From the NCBI GenBank assembly GCA_041694215.1, contig JASMTO010000047.1:1-55119 (forward strand): a stretch of DNA of 55,119 nt, in the 5' to 3' direction. The notes under the pieces were generated by a model. It was not told where the DNA came from. It was given only the letters and a program-made list of their open reading frames with translations, and ran no database searches. The position numbers and the translations under genes were made by a program. How positions within the stretch are numbered: the first letter of the stretch is position 1; the number at the start of each line of letters is the position of its first letter. Below, in pieces: positions 30,997 to 40,914 of the stretch. This DNA comes from a bacterium (GTDB taxonomy: Bacteria; Chrysiogenota; Deferribacteres; Deferribacterales; Flexistipitaceae).

Positions 30997-31678
30997 CGTT
31001 TCATTGTCTGTTGATAAAGGTGAAATTGTTGGATTATTAGGACCCAATGGAGCCGGTAAGACTACGACATTTTATATGATTGTCGGAATAATAAGGCCGT
31101 ATTCAGGCACCGTTATTTTAAATGGCTCGGATATCTCAAATACACCTATTCATATAAGGGCTAAAAGAGGAATTGGTTATTTACCACAGGAACCCTCTGT
31201 TTTTCGTAAACTGACAGTGTATGAGAATATTATTGCAGCCATGCAGTTAAAATTTTCTGGTAGGACTGCAACCAAAGCTGGGAAAAAGAGGATGAAAGAA
31301 CGGGCTGAATCGTTAATTGAGGATTTTGGTTTGAATAAGGTTGTCAATTCTTTTGGTGCTTCGCTTAGTGGTGGAGAAAGACGAAGAGTGGAGATAGCCC
31401 GGTGTATGAGTATAGATCCTGACTTTATTTTACTGGATGAACCTTTTGCAGGTATTGATCCTATTTCTGTATCCGATATTCAGGAAATGATTTTTAAACT
31501 CAAGCATATGGGTATAGGTATACTAATAACAGATCACAATGTTAGGGAAACTTTAAAAATTACCGACAGAGGTTATATTATATATGAAGGTGAAGTGTTA
31601 ACAAAAGGGCGCCCGGAAGAAATTGTGAATAATAAAGAGGTTATTAACAGGTATTTAGGCGAAGGATTTTATTTGTAA
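30938..31678 (+). CDS. lptB: LPS export ABC ATP-binding protein
   Basis: GPNGAGKTT, YLPQE.S.FRKL, LSGGERRR.EIAR, DEPFAGIDP, ITDHNVRETL; start uncertain (30920/30938/30947). Confidence 0.95.
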   Translation: MSIMAKNLKKIYKKRTVVSNVSLSVDKGEIVGLLGPNGAGKTTTFYMIVGIIRPYSGTVILNGSDISNTPIHIRAKRGIGYLPQEPSVFRKLTVYENIIAAMQLKFSGRTATKAGKKRMKERAESLIEDFGLNKVVNSFGASLSGGERRRVEIARCMSIDPDFILLDEPFAGIDPISVSDIQEMIFKLKHMGIGILITDHNVRETLKITDRGYIIYEGEVLTKGRPEEIVNNKEVINRYLGEGFYL

Positions 31679-31679
31679 A

Positions 31680-33071
31680 ATGAAAACCGGAAAAATTAAT
31701 CTTACGATTGAAAATAAGCTTTCTCAAAAGTTAATGATTACCCCCCAGATGAAGCAGTCCCTTAACTTACTCCAAATGCCTGTGGTTGACTTGCTACAGG
31801 AGGTGAACACGATACTGGAAGAAAATCCTGTTATAGAAGAAATTGAAGCTAAATCTGAAGAAGAAATAAAGGAAAAAGATGATTTCCTTGAAGATCTTAA
31901 GAAGGTGGAATGGGATGATTATTTTCAAAATGAGGACTGGTATTATTTACCTAATGATGAGGAAGAAATAAATTTTGAAAAATTTGTCAGTGGAGATGAA
32001 AGTCTTTATGAACATCTGCTTTTTCAACTTAGTATTTCAGGACTTAGCCAGGAGGAGAAATCTGTTGGTGAATATATAATCGGTAACATAGATGAGAACG
32101 GCTATTTTATGTTGGATGAAGATGCTGTTGCTGAGGAACTAAATGTTTCCCGGAATATGGTAAGGCGTGTACTGGACGTTATTAGAGAGTTTGATCCTTC
32201 GGGTATAGCCCAGTCGAATCTTTGTGATTGTATAAGGAAACAGCTGGAAATATATGGTGTAAACATAAATGATATAGAACTTATTGTTGAGATTCTTCAG
32301 AAAAATGAGAAGGATATTGTGGTAGGTAACATTGAAAACGTTGCTAAATCTTTCAACATTGATGTGGAAGGGCTCAATAAATTATTGGGCTATATAAAAA
32401 TGACAGATCCTAAACCGGGACTTAAATTTTCTTCTAACACAAGGTATATTGTCCCTGATGTATATATTGTTGAAAGGGATAACAAATATGATGTTATCAT
32501 GAATGAAGAGGGGTTTCCGTCTATCAAGCTTAACGGTTATTATGTGAAACTGTTAAAAGACACACAGTTGGATGAAAAAGCCAAGGAATATATAGAAGAT
32601 AAAGTAAAAAATGCACTTTGGCTCTTAAAAAGCTTGAATGAGCGAAAGAAAGCTATTCAAAAGGTTGTTGAGGAAATAGTCAAAGTTCAAGAGGATTTCC
32701 TGAAAAAGGGTAAGGAGCATATAAAACCACTTAAACTAAAAGATATAGCTGAAGCTACAGAACTACATGAATCCACAGTGAGCAGGGTTACGGCAGGTAA
32801 ATATGCAATGTGCTCACACGGCGTATTGGAATTGAAATCCTTTTTTATCAAGGGCCTTCAGTCGGAGAATGGAGAGATTTCCACTACTAAGATAAAGCGT
32901 ATGATTAAAGAACTGATAGAGAATGAACCTAAAGAAAAACCTTATAGCGATCAAAAAATTGTGGAAATTTTAACAAAAAAAGGTATAAAGATTGCAAGGA
33001 GAACTGTGGCAAAATATAGAGAAGGTATGAATATACCTGCAAGACCTGAAAGAAAAATAAATAGGAGGTAG
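31680..33071 (+). CDS. rpoN: RNA polymerase sigma-54 factor
   Basis: Q-rich region I, HESTVSR, RpoN box ARRTVAKYRE. Confidence 0.96.
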   Translation: MKTGKINLTIENKLSQKLMITPQMKQSLNLLQMPVVDLLQEVNTILEENPVIEEIEAKSEEEIKEKDDFLEDLKKVEWDDYFQNEDWYYLPNDEEEINFEKFVSGDESLYEHLLFQLSISGLSQEEKSVGEYIIGNIDENGYFMLDEDAVAEELNVSRNMVRRVLDVIREFDPSGIAQSNLCDCIRKQLEIYGVNINDIELIVEILQKNEKDIVVGNIENVAKSFNIDVEGLNKLLGYIKMTDPKPGLKFSSNTRYIVPDVYIVERDNKYDVIMNEEGFPSIKLNGYYVKLLKDTQLDEKAKEYIEDKVKNALWLLKSLNERKKAIQKVVEEIVKVQEDFLKKGKEHIKPLKLKDIAEATELHESTVSRVTAGKYAMCSHGVLELKSFFIKGLQSENGEISTTKIKRMIKELIENEPKEKPYSDQKIVEILTKKGIKIARRTVAKYREGMNIPARPERKINRR

Positions 33072-33072
33072 T

Positions 33073-33606
33073 ATGCATATTCAAATTACTGCGAAAAATA
33101 TTGACCTAACCGATGCCATTCGGTCTTATGTCCATAAGAAAATTGGTAAAGTGAAAAAATATTTTGATCAGGTGATAGAAGTACATGTGGTTCTGGAGGT
33201 GCAGAAGAATCGGCATATAGCAGAAGTCCTCGTTGATGCAAAGGGAGTTTTTCTTAAAGGGCTGGAAAAGTCTGAAGATTTATATGCATCTATTGATCTT
33301 GCTGTTGATAAGATTGAAAAGCAACTAATTAAGTACAAAGAGAAATTGCAGAGTAAGAAGCTCATGAACAAAGATTTTCACGAACCTTTAAGACTAAATG
33401 TTATCGAAACGGGAAGTCTTGAAACGGAAAATCCAGTGACGATTATTTCAAAGCAAATACCTGTAAAGCCTATGGATGTTGAAGAGGCTGTAATGCAGAT
33501 GGATCTGTTGAACAAAAACTTTTTTGTATTCAGAAATGCGGATAGTTCTGAAGTCAATGTAGTTTACAAGAGAGATGATGGTAATATTGGACTAATAGAG
33601 CCTTAA
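33073..33606 (+). CDS. hpf: ribosome hibernation promoting factor (long HPF)
   Basis: I.LTDAIR.YV..K, DLYASID, KPM.VEEAVMQM, VVYKR.DG. Confidence 0.93.
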   Translation: MHIQITAKNIDLTDAIRSYVHKKIGKVKKYFDQVIEVHVVLEVQKNRHIAEVLVDAKGVFLKGLEKSEDLYASIDLAVDKIEKQLIKYKEKLQSKKLMNKDFHEPLRLNVIETGSLETENPVTIISKQIPVKPMDVEEAVMQMDLLNKNFFVFRNADSSEVNVVYKRDDGNIGLIEP

Positions 33607-33615
33607 GAGGTACTT

Positions 33616-34077
33616 ATGAATTTAAATGAATATTTGGATGAAGACTTGGTATGCGAGCTTGATGATGACCTTGACAAACAGTCTGTTTTAAAAAAGCTTG
33701 TGGATGTTTTGAAAGAGAAAGGAATATTGCAGAATCCACAAGAAGCTTACGATGCTCTTTTAGAGCGTGAAAAACTTGGTAGTACCGGTGTGGGGGAAGA
33801 AGTTGCCATCCCCCATGCAAAGCTTAAATCTATAGAAGATGTGATTATTTTGCTTGCCATTTCCAGAAAAGGGGTGGATTTTGAGTCTTTGGATAATCAA
33901 CCGGTTAAAATATTTTTTCTTGTACTGGCTCCTGTCAAAAAAATGAATCTCCATCTCAAAACACTTGCCCGTATTTCCAGATTAATCAAATCCACTGATT
34001 TTAAAGAAAGAGTACTAAAATCTCAAAGCAAAGATGAAGTTCTAAAGATTCTCAAGGAGGAGGAGTCTAAATTGTAA
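33616..34077 (+). CDS. ptsN: PTS IIA(Ntr)-like protein
   Basis: ERE.LGSTG.G..VAIPHA, F.SLD..PV, H..LA. Confidence 0.88.
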   Translation: MNLNEYLDEDLVCELDDDLDKQSVLKKLVDVLKEKGILQNPQEAYDALLEREKLGSTGVGEEVAIPHAKLKSIEDVIILLAISRKGVDFESLDNQPVKIFFLVLAPVKKMNLHLKTLARISRLIKSTDFKERVLKSQSKDEVLKILKEEESKL

Positions 34078-35054
34078 TGAATAAAATCAGTGTTGCTGAG
34101 CTGCTAGGTAAGGATGCTTCCCATCTCAAGCTGGAGTTGTTGTTTGGAGAAAATTTGCTTGAATCAAAATATATTGATAGCTTCCGTATTCAAAAACCCG
34201 GACTGGGACTGGCCGGTTATACTGATCATATTCATAGAGGCAGAGTACAGATATTGGGCAATACAGAAATATCATACCTAAAAACACTGAATAGTGATGT
34301 CAAATATAAGTCAATCGAAAATTTGTGCAAAAAAGATATTTCCTGTTTTATAGTAACAAAGAGTCTTGAAGTACCTGATGAGCTTTTGGTTTGTGTCTCA
34401 AAATTTGGTATTCCTCTATTTAGAACGGAGCTTGTTAGTTCAGAGGCAATTTCAAAAATTTCTGAATTTCTTGAATATAAGCTTGCCCCGGAAACTGTTA
34501 TCCACGGTGTTTTGCTTGATGTATATGGTGTCGGCGTACTTATTATTGGTAGAAGTGGTATAGGTAAAAGTGAATGTGCCCTTGAGCTGATAAAGAGGGG
34601 GCACCGGCTGGTGGCTGATGATGCAGTGCATATTTTAAAGAAGCAGGATTTTCTGATAGGGACAAGCAATGAATTGCTTCATTATCATATTGAACTTAGA
34701 GGACTTGGGATTCTGAATGTCAAAGATATGTATGGGGTGAATGCCATACGCGTAAGAAAAAAAGTCGAGCTTGTTGTTAACTTTGTGGATTGGAACAGTG
34801 AAGAGAATTATGACAGGACAGGACTTAGCAGTAAGTATTTCGATATTTTAGGTGTTGATCTGCCTATTATTGTGCTGCCTGTGTCTCCCGGAAGGAATAT
34901 GGCCGTTATTGTGGAATCAGCTGCCAAGAATCAACTTTTAAAGTATATGGGGTACAATGCAGCCAAAGATTTTGAAGAAAAGCTGAACACAAAGTTAAAA
35001 AAAAATGAACGAATAGAACCGAATAGTTTTCTTGACAGTAAAGGGGTTGAATGA
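34077..35054 (+). CDS. hprK: HPr kinase/phosphorylase
   Basis: HGVL.DVYGVGVLI.G.SGIGKSE.ALEL..RGHRLVADD, ELRGLGI. Confidence 0.95.
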   Translation: MNKISVAELLGKDASHLKLELLFGENLLESKYIDSFRIQKPGLGLAGYTDHIHRGRVQILGNTEISYLKTLNSDVKYKSIENLCKKDISCFIVTKSLEVPDELLVCVSKFGIPLFRTELVSSEAISKISEFLEYKLAPETVIHGVLLDVYGVGVLIIGRSGIGKSECALELIKRGHRLVADDAVHILKKQDFLIGTSNELLHYHIELRGLGILNVKDMYGVNAIRVRKKVELVVNFVDWNSEENYDRTGLSSKYFDILGVDLPIIVLPVSPGRNMAVIVESAAKNQLLKYMGYNAAKDFEEKLNTKLKKNERIEPNSFLDSKGVE

Positions 35055-35909
35055 TTGTTGGATATTTCTGTCGTCGTTATTACGGGACTTTCAGGTGCCG
35101 GAAAATCTGTTGCTGCCAATGTTCTTGAGGATTTGGGATATTACACAATAGATAATCTACCTTTGGTTATCATCGAAAAATTTATTCAGATTATTTTTGA
35201 TTTTAATGTGGAAATTAATAAAATAGCATTAGTTATAGATTCTAGGAGTAAAGACTTTAATAAAATCAATGATGTCATAAAACTTTTAAAAGAAAAGTAT
35301 TCTGCAGAGATCTTATTTTTAACGTGTGATGAGCAAATCATCATTAATCGCTACAAAGAAACCAGAAGAAAGCATCCTATGGGTGATGATCTGGTTGAGG
35401 CAATACGCAGTGAAAAGGAAAGTATGCTCCCTGTTCAGGAGATTTCTGATATTGTTTTGGATACCAGCGAATACAATGTACACAACTTATCCGCTGCTAT
35501 TGAAGGGTACTTTAAAGATACTTCCACTGCCTCCATATATATAACTGTTCAATCTTTTGGGTTTAAATACGGAATCCCCACTGAGTCTGATCTTGTATTG
35601 GATGTCAGGTTTTTAAAGAATCCCCATTTTTGTGAAGATTTGAGAAGTTATTCAGGTTTGGATAAAAAGGTAAGAGACTATATTTTTCAAGATAAGAGAA
35701 CGAAACAGCTTTTTAAAAGACTTTGGCCGTTGTTTGACTTTCTGCTTCCTAACTATGTTGCCGAGGGGAAAAAATTTCTCACTATATCCATAGGTTGTAC
35801 TGGAGGTAAACACAGGTCTGTTGCTATTGCAGAGGAAATAGGAAAGTACCTTCGCAAAAAAGTGAAAAGTGATGTATATTTAAAGCATAGAGATATTGAC
35901 AGGAGTTAA
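35055..35909 (+). CDS. rapZ: RNase adapter RapZ/YvcJ
   Basis: TGLSGAGKS, DNLP, ETRR.HP, SFGFKYG, DVRFL.NP, GCTGGKHRSV. Confidence 0.95.
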   Translation: MLDISVVVITGLSGAGKSVAANVLEDLGYYTIDNLPLVIIEKFIQIIFDFNVEINKIALVIDSRSKDFNKINDVIKLLKEKYSAEILFLTCDEQIIINRYKETRRKHPMGDDLVEAIRSEKESMLPVQEISDIVLDTSEYNVHNLSAAIEGYFKDTSTASIYITVQSFGFKYGIPTESDLVLDVRFLKNPHFCEDLRSYSGLDKKVRDYIFQDKRTKQLFKRLWPLFDFLLPNYVAEGKKFLTISIGCTGGKHRSVAIAEEIGKYLRKKVKSDVYLKHRDIDRS

Positions 35910-35910
35910 T

Positions 35911-36309
35911 ATGGTTGGAATTATTCTTTTAACGCATGGATCACTTGGCATGGAATTGTTAAAGACAAGTGAAATGATTATAGGTAAACAGAATAATGTG
36001 GATTTTCTTTCTGTTCAAAGTGGTACATCTTTGAATGATTTAGCGGGGGATTTGGATAATTTGGTTAATAAATATAAGAAGGATGGGGTACTTATTTTAA
36101 CTGATATGTTTGGTGGCAGTCCCAGCAATATTGCAATGGCCTATTTTGATAAGGAGCATGTGGATATTGTAACAGGTGTTAATCTTCCTATGTTGATAAA
36201 AACGTTTAGTATGAGAAATGATGTTGATAATGCTCAGAATTTGGGTCGGATTGCCAGCCAAACAGGTAAAGAAAGCATAATCTTAGCAGGGGACTTGATG
36301 AACAAATGA
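35911..36309 (+). CDS. PTS mannose-family IIA
   Basis: LLTHG phospho-His, TDMFGGSPSN, GVNLPML; AGGAG RBS. Confidence 0.9.
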   Translation: MVGIILLTHGSLGMELLKTSEMIIGKQNNVDFLSVQSGTSLNDLAGDLDNLVNKYKKDGVLILTDMFGGSPSNIAMAYFDKEHVDIVTGVNLPMLIKTFSMRNDVDNAQNLGRIASQTGKESIILAGDLMNK

Positions 36310-36794
36310 ACAGAAAACTTATTTTCCGGGTGGATGACAGGCTGATACACGGCCAGGTAATTGAAGGCTGGATAAAATATTTTAAAATAAAAGAGGTTAT
36401 AATTGTAAGTGACAGGGTTTACAACGATGACTTGCAACGTATGATTTACTCAAGTATTTTGCCTGAACATTGCATTTTGCAATTTTATACCATAAAAGAT
36501 TTTATACATAATTTTACTGAAATTTATTCAGCAAAGCGGAGTACATTGATTCTTTTTGAGTCGATTGAAGATTTATACAATGTTCGTGAAGTGCTCAGTG
36601 ATGATATTACTATTAATGTGGGTTGTGTAGCATCGAGGGAGCATAAAATAGAGATTACAGACACAGTTTTTCTTGATAAAAGCGAAGTGGTAATGTTATG
36701 TAAACTTAGAGAAAAATATGAAATCCAAATAAAAAAACTACCGTGGGAAACTGCAGTTGAAATAAAAAATTTTCTAAGCTTAATAGAGGAATAA
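36306..36794 (+). CDS. PTS mannose-family IIB
   Basis: RVDDRLIHGQV...W. Confidence 0.88.
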   Translation: MNRKLIFRVDDRLIHGQVIEGWIKYFKIKEVIIVSDRVYNDDLQRMIYSSILPEHCILQFYTIKDFIHNFTEIYSAKRSTLILFESIEDLYNVREVLSDDITINVGCVASREHKIEITDTVFLDKSEVVMLCKLREKYEIQIKKLPWETAVEIKNFLSLIEE

Positions 36795-37450
36795 TGTTTA
36801 GCTATTTAGCTCTTTTTTTTATTTCTGGTATTTGTTCTGTGGACAGAAATGCGGCTCTACATATGATGTTTTCAAGGCCGTTGGTACTATCCACTATAAT
36901 TGGGCTTTTATTTGGAAATGTTGAGCTGTGCTTCTTGTCCGGTCTTCTTATAGAACTTTTTGGAAACATAGATGTCCCTGTAGGTACAAAGGTATCAAAA
37001 GATGATACGTTTATGTCCTATACGATGGCAGTTTTGATCAGTTTTGGTATTGTTCAGACGTTGAGTGATTATTTATTGGCTCTGTTAGTTGTAATAATTT
37101 TTGTTTTCCCTGTTACTTATTTTGATGTTTTGACGCGAAAATGGAATCAACATTTACTGATAAAATATATTAAATATAACTTTTACCAATCCCCTTTCGG
37201 TATAATATGGAAAGGCATTGTCATTGCTTTTTTAAAAGGGGTAGTCCTATATAATCTGTTTTGCTTTGTGACTATGTTTATCGTTATTCAAATGGAAGGT
37301 TATATAAGTATTGAAGGCAATATTACTGCATATATTTTTTTGATGTCTTCATTCCTTGCAGGGCATTTGGTGAGGTTTTTGAGTTTTAACAGTGTATATA
37401 AATATGTTGCTTTTGTGATGGGGTTGATTTTAGGATGGTTAGTGGTTTGA
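36794..37450 (+). CDS. PTS mannose-family IIC (short, divergent)
   Basis: D......FSRPLV....G...G......G...EL......PVG; hydrophobic. Confidence 0.75.
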   Translation: MFSYLALFFISGICSVDRNAALHMMFSRPLVLSTIIGLLFGNVELCFLSGLLIELFGNIDVPVGTKVSKDDTFMSYTMAVLISFGIVQTLSDYLLALLVVIIFVFPVTYFDVLTRKWNQHLLIKYIKYNFYQSPFGIIWKGIVIAFLKGVVLYNLFCFVTMFIVIQMEGYISIEGNITAYIFLMSSFLAGHLVRFLSFNSVYKYVAFVMGLILGWLVV

Positions 37451-38145
37451 AAAAAGGAAAAAGCTTTTTGAAAAGTCTGATTTTTACAGGTAATTGGAAT
37501 TATGAAAATATGCAAGGCTCCGGATTCAGACTCCTTTTGGAAGACATCAATAACGCCAACAATCTAAATATAGACGAAAAACAGATTGCTAAACAGTCAG
37601 AATATTTTAACACGCACCCTTTTTTGGTGACATTTATATTAGGGGTATGGTTTAAAGAATTTTTAAAAGATGGTCAACCAGATTACTTTAAGAAAGTCTA
37701 TTCTTCAGCACTTGCCGCTTTGGGCGACAGTTTTTTCTGGCATTCTCTAAGACCTATTTCATTTATTATTGCTGCTTTGTTTGGTTTGTATAACCCCGTA
37801 CTTGGGGTAATCCTTTATTTACTTATATTTAATTTGTTCCACTTCTCTTTTCTTTACATAGGTTTTGATATGGGTTTTTTTATGGGAAAAGAGGTAATAT
37901 CCTGGTTTAACAGGATTAAATTTAATAAATGGTCAGGTTATTCTGATTTTTTAGCTGCTTTTTTGCTTGGCCTTTTACTGTCGCTTGGTTTGAAAAAATA
38001 CGGGCTGGAAACTATTACATATTATTTTATAGCTACATGCTTTTTGCTTGTTGGATTTGTGATGGCGAAAAAGATGGATGTGCTTTTCAGCCTTATTTTG
38101 GTTGTTTTAGCATGTTTTGTTATGCTTACAACTATGGGGGTTTGA
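37435..38145 (+). CDS. PTS mannose-family IID (short)
   Basis: WNYENMQG.GF, FNTHP, LAALGDSFFW..LRP. Confidence 0.85.
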   Translation: MVSGLKKGKSFLKSLIFTGNWNYENMQGSGFRLLLEDINNANNLNIDEKQIAKQSEYFNTHPFLVTFILGVWFKEFLKDGQPDYFKKVYSSALAALGDSFFWHSLRPISFIIAALFGLYNPVLGVILYLLIFNLFHFSFLYIGFDMGFFMGKEVISWFNRIKFNKWSGYSDFLAAFLLGLLLSLGLKKYGLETITYYFIATCFLLVGFVMAKKMDVLFSLILVVLACFVMLTTMGV

Positions 38146-38433
38146 GTGGATAGGACAGATGTTAAGGTAACTGCAAAAGTTGAAATAGTGAATGAACTTG
38201 GGCTTCATGCCCGTGCTGCTGCCAATTTTGTGAAAGTTGCCAATAAGTTTTCTGCTGAAATTACTGTTGAAAAAAATGGGGTTTCGGCAAACGGCAAGAG
38301 TATCATGGGTGTTATGATGCTGGCAGCAGCAAAAGGATCAACACTGACAATTACTGCTGAAGGTGAGGATGCTAAAGAGTCCCTTAAGGCGTTAACAGAG
38401 CTTGTTGAAAATAAATTTGGTGAGGCTAAATGA
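38146..38433 (+). CDS. ptsH: phosphocarrier protein HPr
   Basis: GLHAR (His15) and GKSIMG (Ser46). Confidence 0.95.
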   Translation: MDRTDVKVTAKVEIVNELGLHARAAANFVKVANKFSAEITVEKNGVSANGKSIMGVMMLAAAKGSTLTITAEGEDAKESLKALTELVENKFGEAK

Positions 38434-40181
38434 ATATTATCAAAGGAATACCCGCTTCAGAAGGTGTTGTTATCGGCAAAAGTTATCTGTTAGACAGAAC
38501 CAAAACCAGGGTTTACAAGTATAAAATAACAGAAAACGATATAGATGCTGAGTGTAAAAAGCTTGATGAAGCTGTTAAAAAAGCTGAAAGTTACATAAGA
38601 AGTGTTCGTGAGATTTCCAAAGACAAGCTTGGAGAAGACCACGCTTTTATTTTTGATGTATATTTATTGCTATTGAAAGATGATATGCTTATTGGTGAAA
38701 CAAAACGATTTATTAAGAAAGAGCTTGTCAATGCTGAGTACGCATTAAGGATGGTATCTGCAAATATTCTTAAAGTGTTTAATGAATCAGATGATGAGTA
38801 CTTCAGAGAACGTAAAAGTGATATTGAACAGGTTGTTCAAAAATTACTGCGATTTATGTCTGGTGAAAAATACGATTCAATTTCCACTATTGAAGAGGAT
38901 GTGATAGTAATTGCCCATGATTTGACCCCTTCGGATACAGCATTTGCTATGAAGAAAAAAGTAAAAGGGTTTGCAACAGACCTTGGAAGTAAAACGTCGC
39001 ATACTTCGATATTGGCAAGAGCTATCGGTATCCCTGCTGTAGTTGGCTGTGAAAATGTCTCCTATAATGTCACCACAGGTGAAGAGGTCATTATTGATGG
39101 TTTCGAAGGTAAAGTTATTGTAAGGCCTGATGATAAGACGTTAACCAGATATAGAAACATTTAAAATAGATATAAGAAATATGTTAAAGAACTTAAAAAA
39201 CTAAAAGATGTTGAAGCTTGGACACTAGATAACAAAAGGATTAACCTTTACTCAAATATAGAAATAAATGAGGAAATAAAACTTTCCTGTGAATACAATG
39301 CCGATGGGATAGGATTGTACCGTACTGAATACATATATCTTGAAAAAGGGGACATATCTGAGGATGAACAATATGAAATTTTGAAAGCGGCTGCCGAAAT
39401 TAATGGGACAAAACCTCTTACCATAAGGACATTTGATCTTGGTGGAGAAAAACTGTCCAATGTTCTCCCGCATCCCGATGAAGTAAACCCTGTTATGGGG
39501 CTTAGGGCGATAAGATATTCGCTGCGGTTCAGAGATTTTTTTAAAAAACAATTAAAAGCTATACTTCGGGTTGCCGCTTTTGCTGATGTTCGGATTATGT
39601 TTCCCATGATTTCAGGTGTTGAAGAGATTAGAATTTGTAAAGATATTTTAGCTGAATCTGCAGAAGAATTGGAGGGTGAAGGCAAAAAATACAGAAAGGA
39701 CATCCCTATCGGTGTAATGGTAGAGCTTCCCTCACTTGCTCTTACAACCCATCTGATTGCTCGAGAAGTGGATTTTTTTAGTGTGGGTACTAATGATCTT
39801 ATTCAGTATACACTTGGTATCGACCGCAATAACGAATATGTGGCATATTTGTACAGACCTACACATCCTGCAATTTTGTCCTTATTGGAGAAAATCATTA
39901 CCGATGCTGAGAAAGCAGGGATTGAGGCTTCCGTTTGCGGGGAAATAGCAGGTGAACCTAAGTATATCCCTGTTTTACTTGGTTTGGGCTACACTAACTT
40001 AAGTATGAGTCCAGCTTCAATTCTAAAAGCTAAGATGGTGATTAAAAGACTGAACATTGATTCCTGCAAACGCCTTTTGCATGAATTAAGGGATTGTAAA
40101 TATGCCAGAATTGCTGAAGAAAAGCTGGATGAATTTATATCGCGCTATGCGGGGGATGTCTATTTTCATGAGGAAGGGTGA
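38430..40181 (+). pseudogene. ptsI: PEP-protein phosphotransferase (PTS enzyme I) interrupted by in-frame TAA at 39162-39164
   Basis: Both ORFs share one frame; the sequence after the stop reads NRYKKY...DNKRINLYSN...ADGIGLYRTE; TSHT..AR, E.NP.MG.R.IR, GTNDL.QY, CGE motifs present. Confidence 0.85.
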
Positions 40182-40183
40182 CA

Positions 40184-40312
40184 ATGCAAGGTAAAGGAAT
40201 AGTCTTTGGAATTTTAGGGATTAATTTTACATTTTACCGTTTAGTATGTACTATAGCTTTTCCTATTATAGCAGGTTGTTTTGCTTTGTTAATCAAGGCT
40301 GCATTCAAATAA
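40184..40312 (+). CDS. 42-aa hydrophobic small ORF or possible permease C-terminal remnant
   Basis: ATG 2 nt after ptsI stop with AGGAAGG RBS; MQGKGIVFGILGINFTFYRLVCTIAFPIIAGCFALLIKAAFK. Confidence 0.4.
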   Translation: MQGKGIVFGILGINFTFYRLVCTIAFPIIAGCFALLIKAAFK

Positions 40313-40358
40313 AAATTGTGGCATATGTATGTTATACTAATTACTTGGAGATGTTTTG

Positions 40359-40754
40359 ATGGTTACGGATAACAAAACTTATAAAATCTTGATAATGGAT
40401 GATCAGGAACTGATTTTAGAATCTTCGAGTGAGCTTTTGAGTATTTTGGGATATATTGTGGAGACTGCAAAAAATGGGGAAGAGGCTATAAATGTATTCA
40501 AAAAAGCAATTGATGCCGGAGAACCATTCGATCTTGTAATACTTGATTTGACAATACCTGGTGGCATGGGAGGGGTAAAGACGCTGGAAACCATGAAAGA
40601 ACTAAATCAGGATTTTAAGGCAATAGTTTCAAGTGGATATTCAAATGATCCGATTATGATTGATTACAAAAACTTCGGTTTTGACGGAGTACTAATAAAA
40701 CCCTTCAAACTTGATATCTTGCAAGAAACCCTTAACAATCTTCTGAATGGGTAA
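40359..40754 (+). CDS. stand-alone response regulator receiver domain
   Basis: ILIMDD, ILDL phospho-Asp, VSSG, IKPF; extended -10 TGTTATACT at 40330-38. Confidence 0.9.
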   Translation: MVTDNKTYKILIMDDQELILESSSELLSILGYIVETAKNGEEAINVFKKAIDAGEPFDLVILDLTIPGGMGGVKTLETMKELNQDFKAIVSSGYSNDPIMIDYKNFGFDGVLIKPFKLDILQETLNNLLNG

Positions 40755-40809
40755 CCACGTTGCATATTTCGAAAAGAAGGTTTTGTTTGTGAAGAGATTT
40801 AAAAATTTG

Positions 40810-40837
40810 TTGACAAAATAAATAAAAATACTATTAT
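40810..40837 (+). promoter_or_regulatory. sigma70 promoter for the tRNA/Nif3 unit
   Basis: TTGACA (40810-15), N16, TATTAT (40832-37). Confidence 0.6.
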
Positions 40838-40914
40838 ACAAATCCGTTTTTGATAAATAGTTGCTAGTCTTGACTGGTGATAAAGATGCTTGACTGTAAA
40901 GTTTGGTTTTATAT

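Noticed and set aside
39162-39164. Programmed recoding (Sec/Pyl) or frameshift in ptsI
   Set aside because: The stop is TAA and both halves are in the same frame.
39315-40181. Independent gene starting at TTG 39315
   Set aside because: The start lies inside the conserved GIGLYRTE motif of the enzyme I barrel, so this is the distal part of ptsI.
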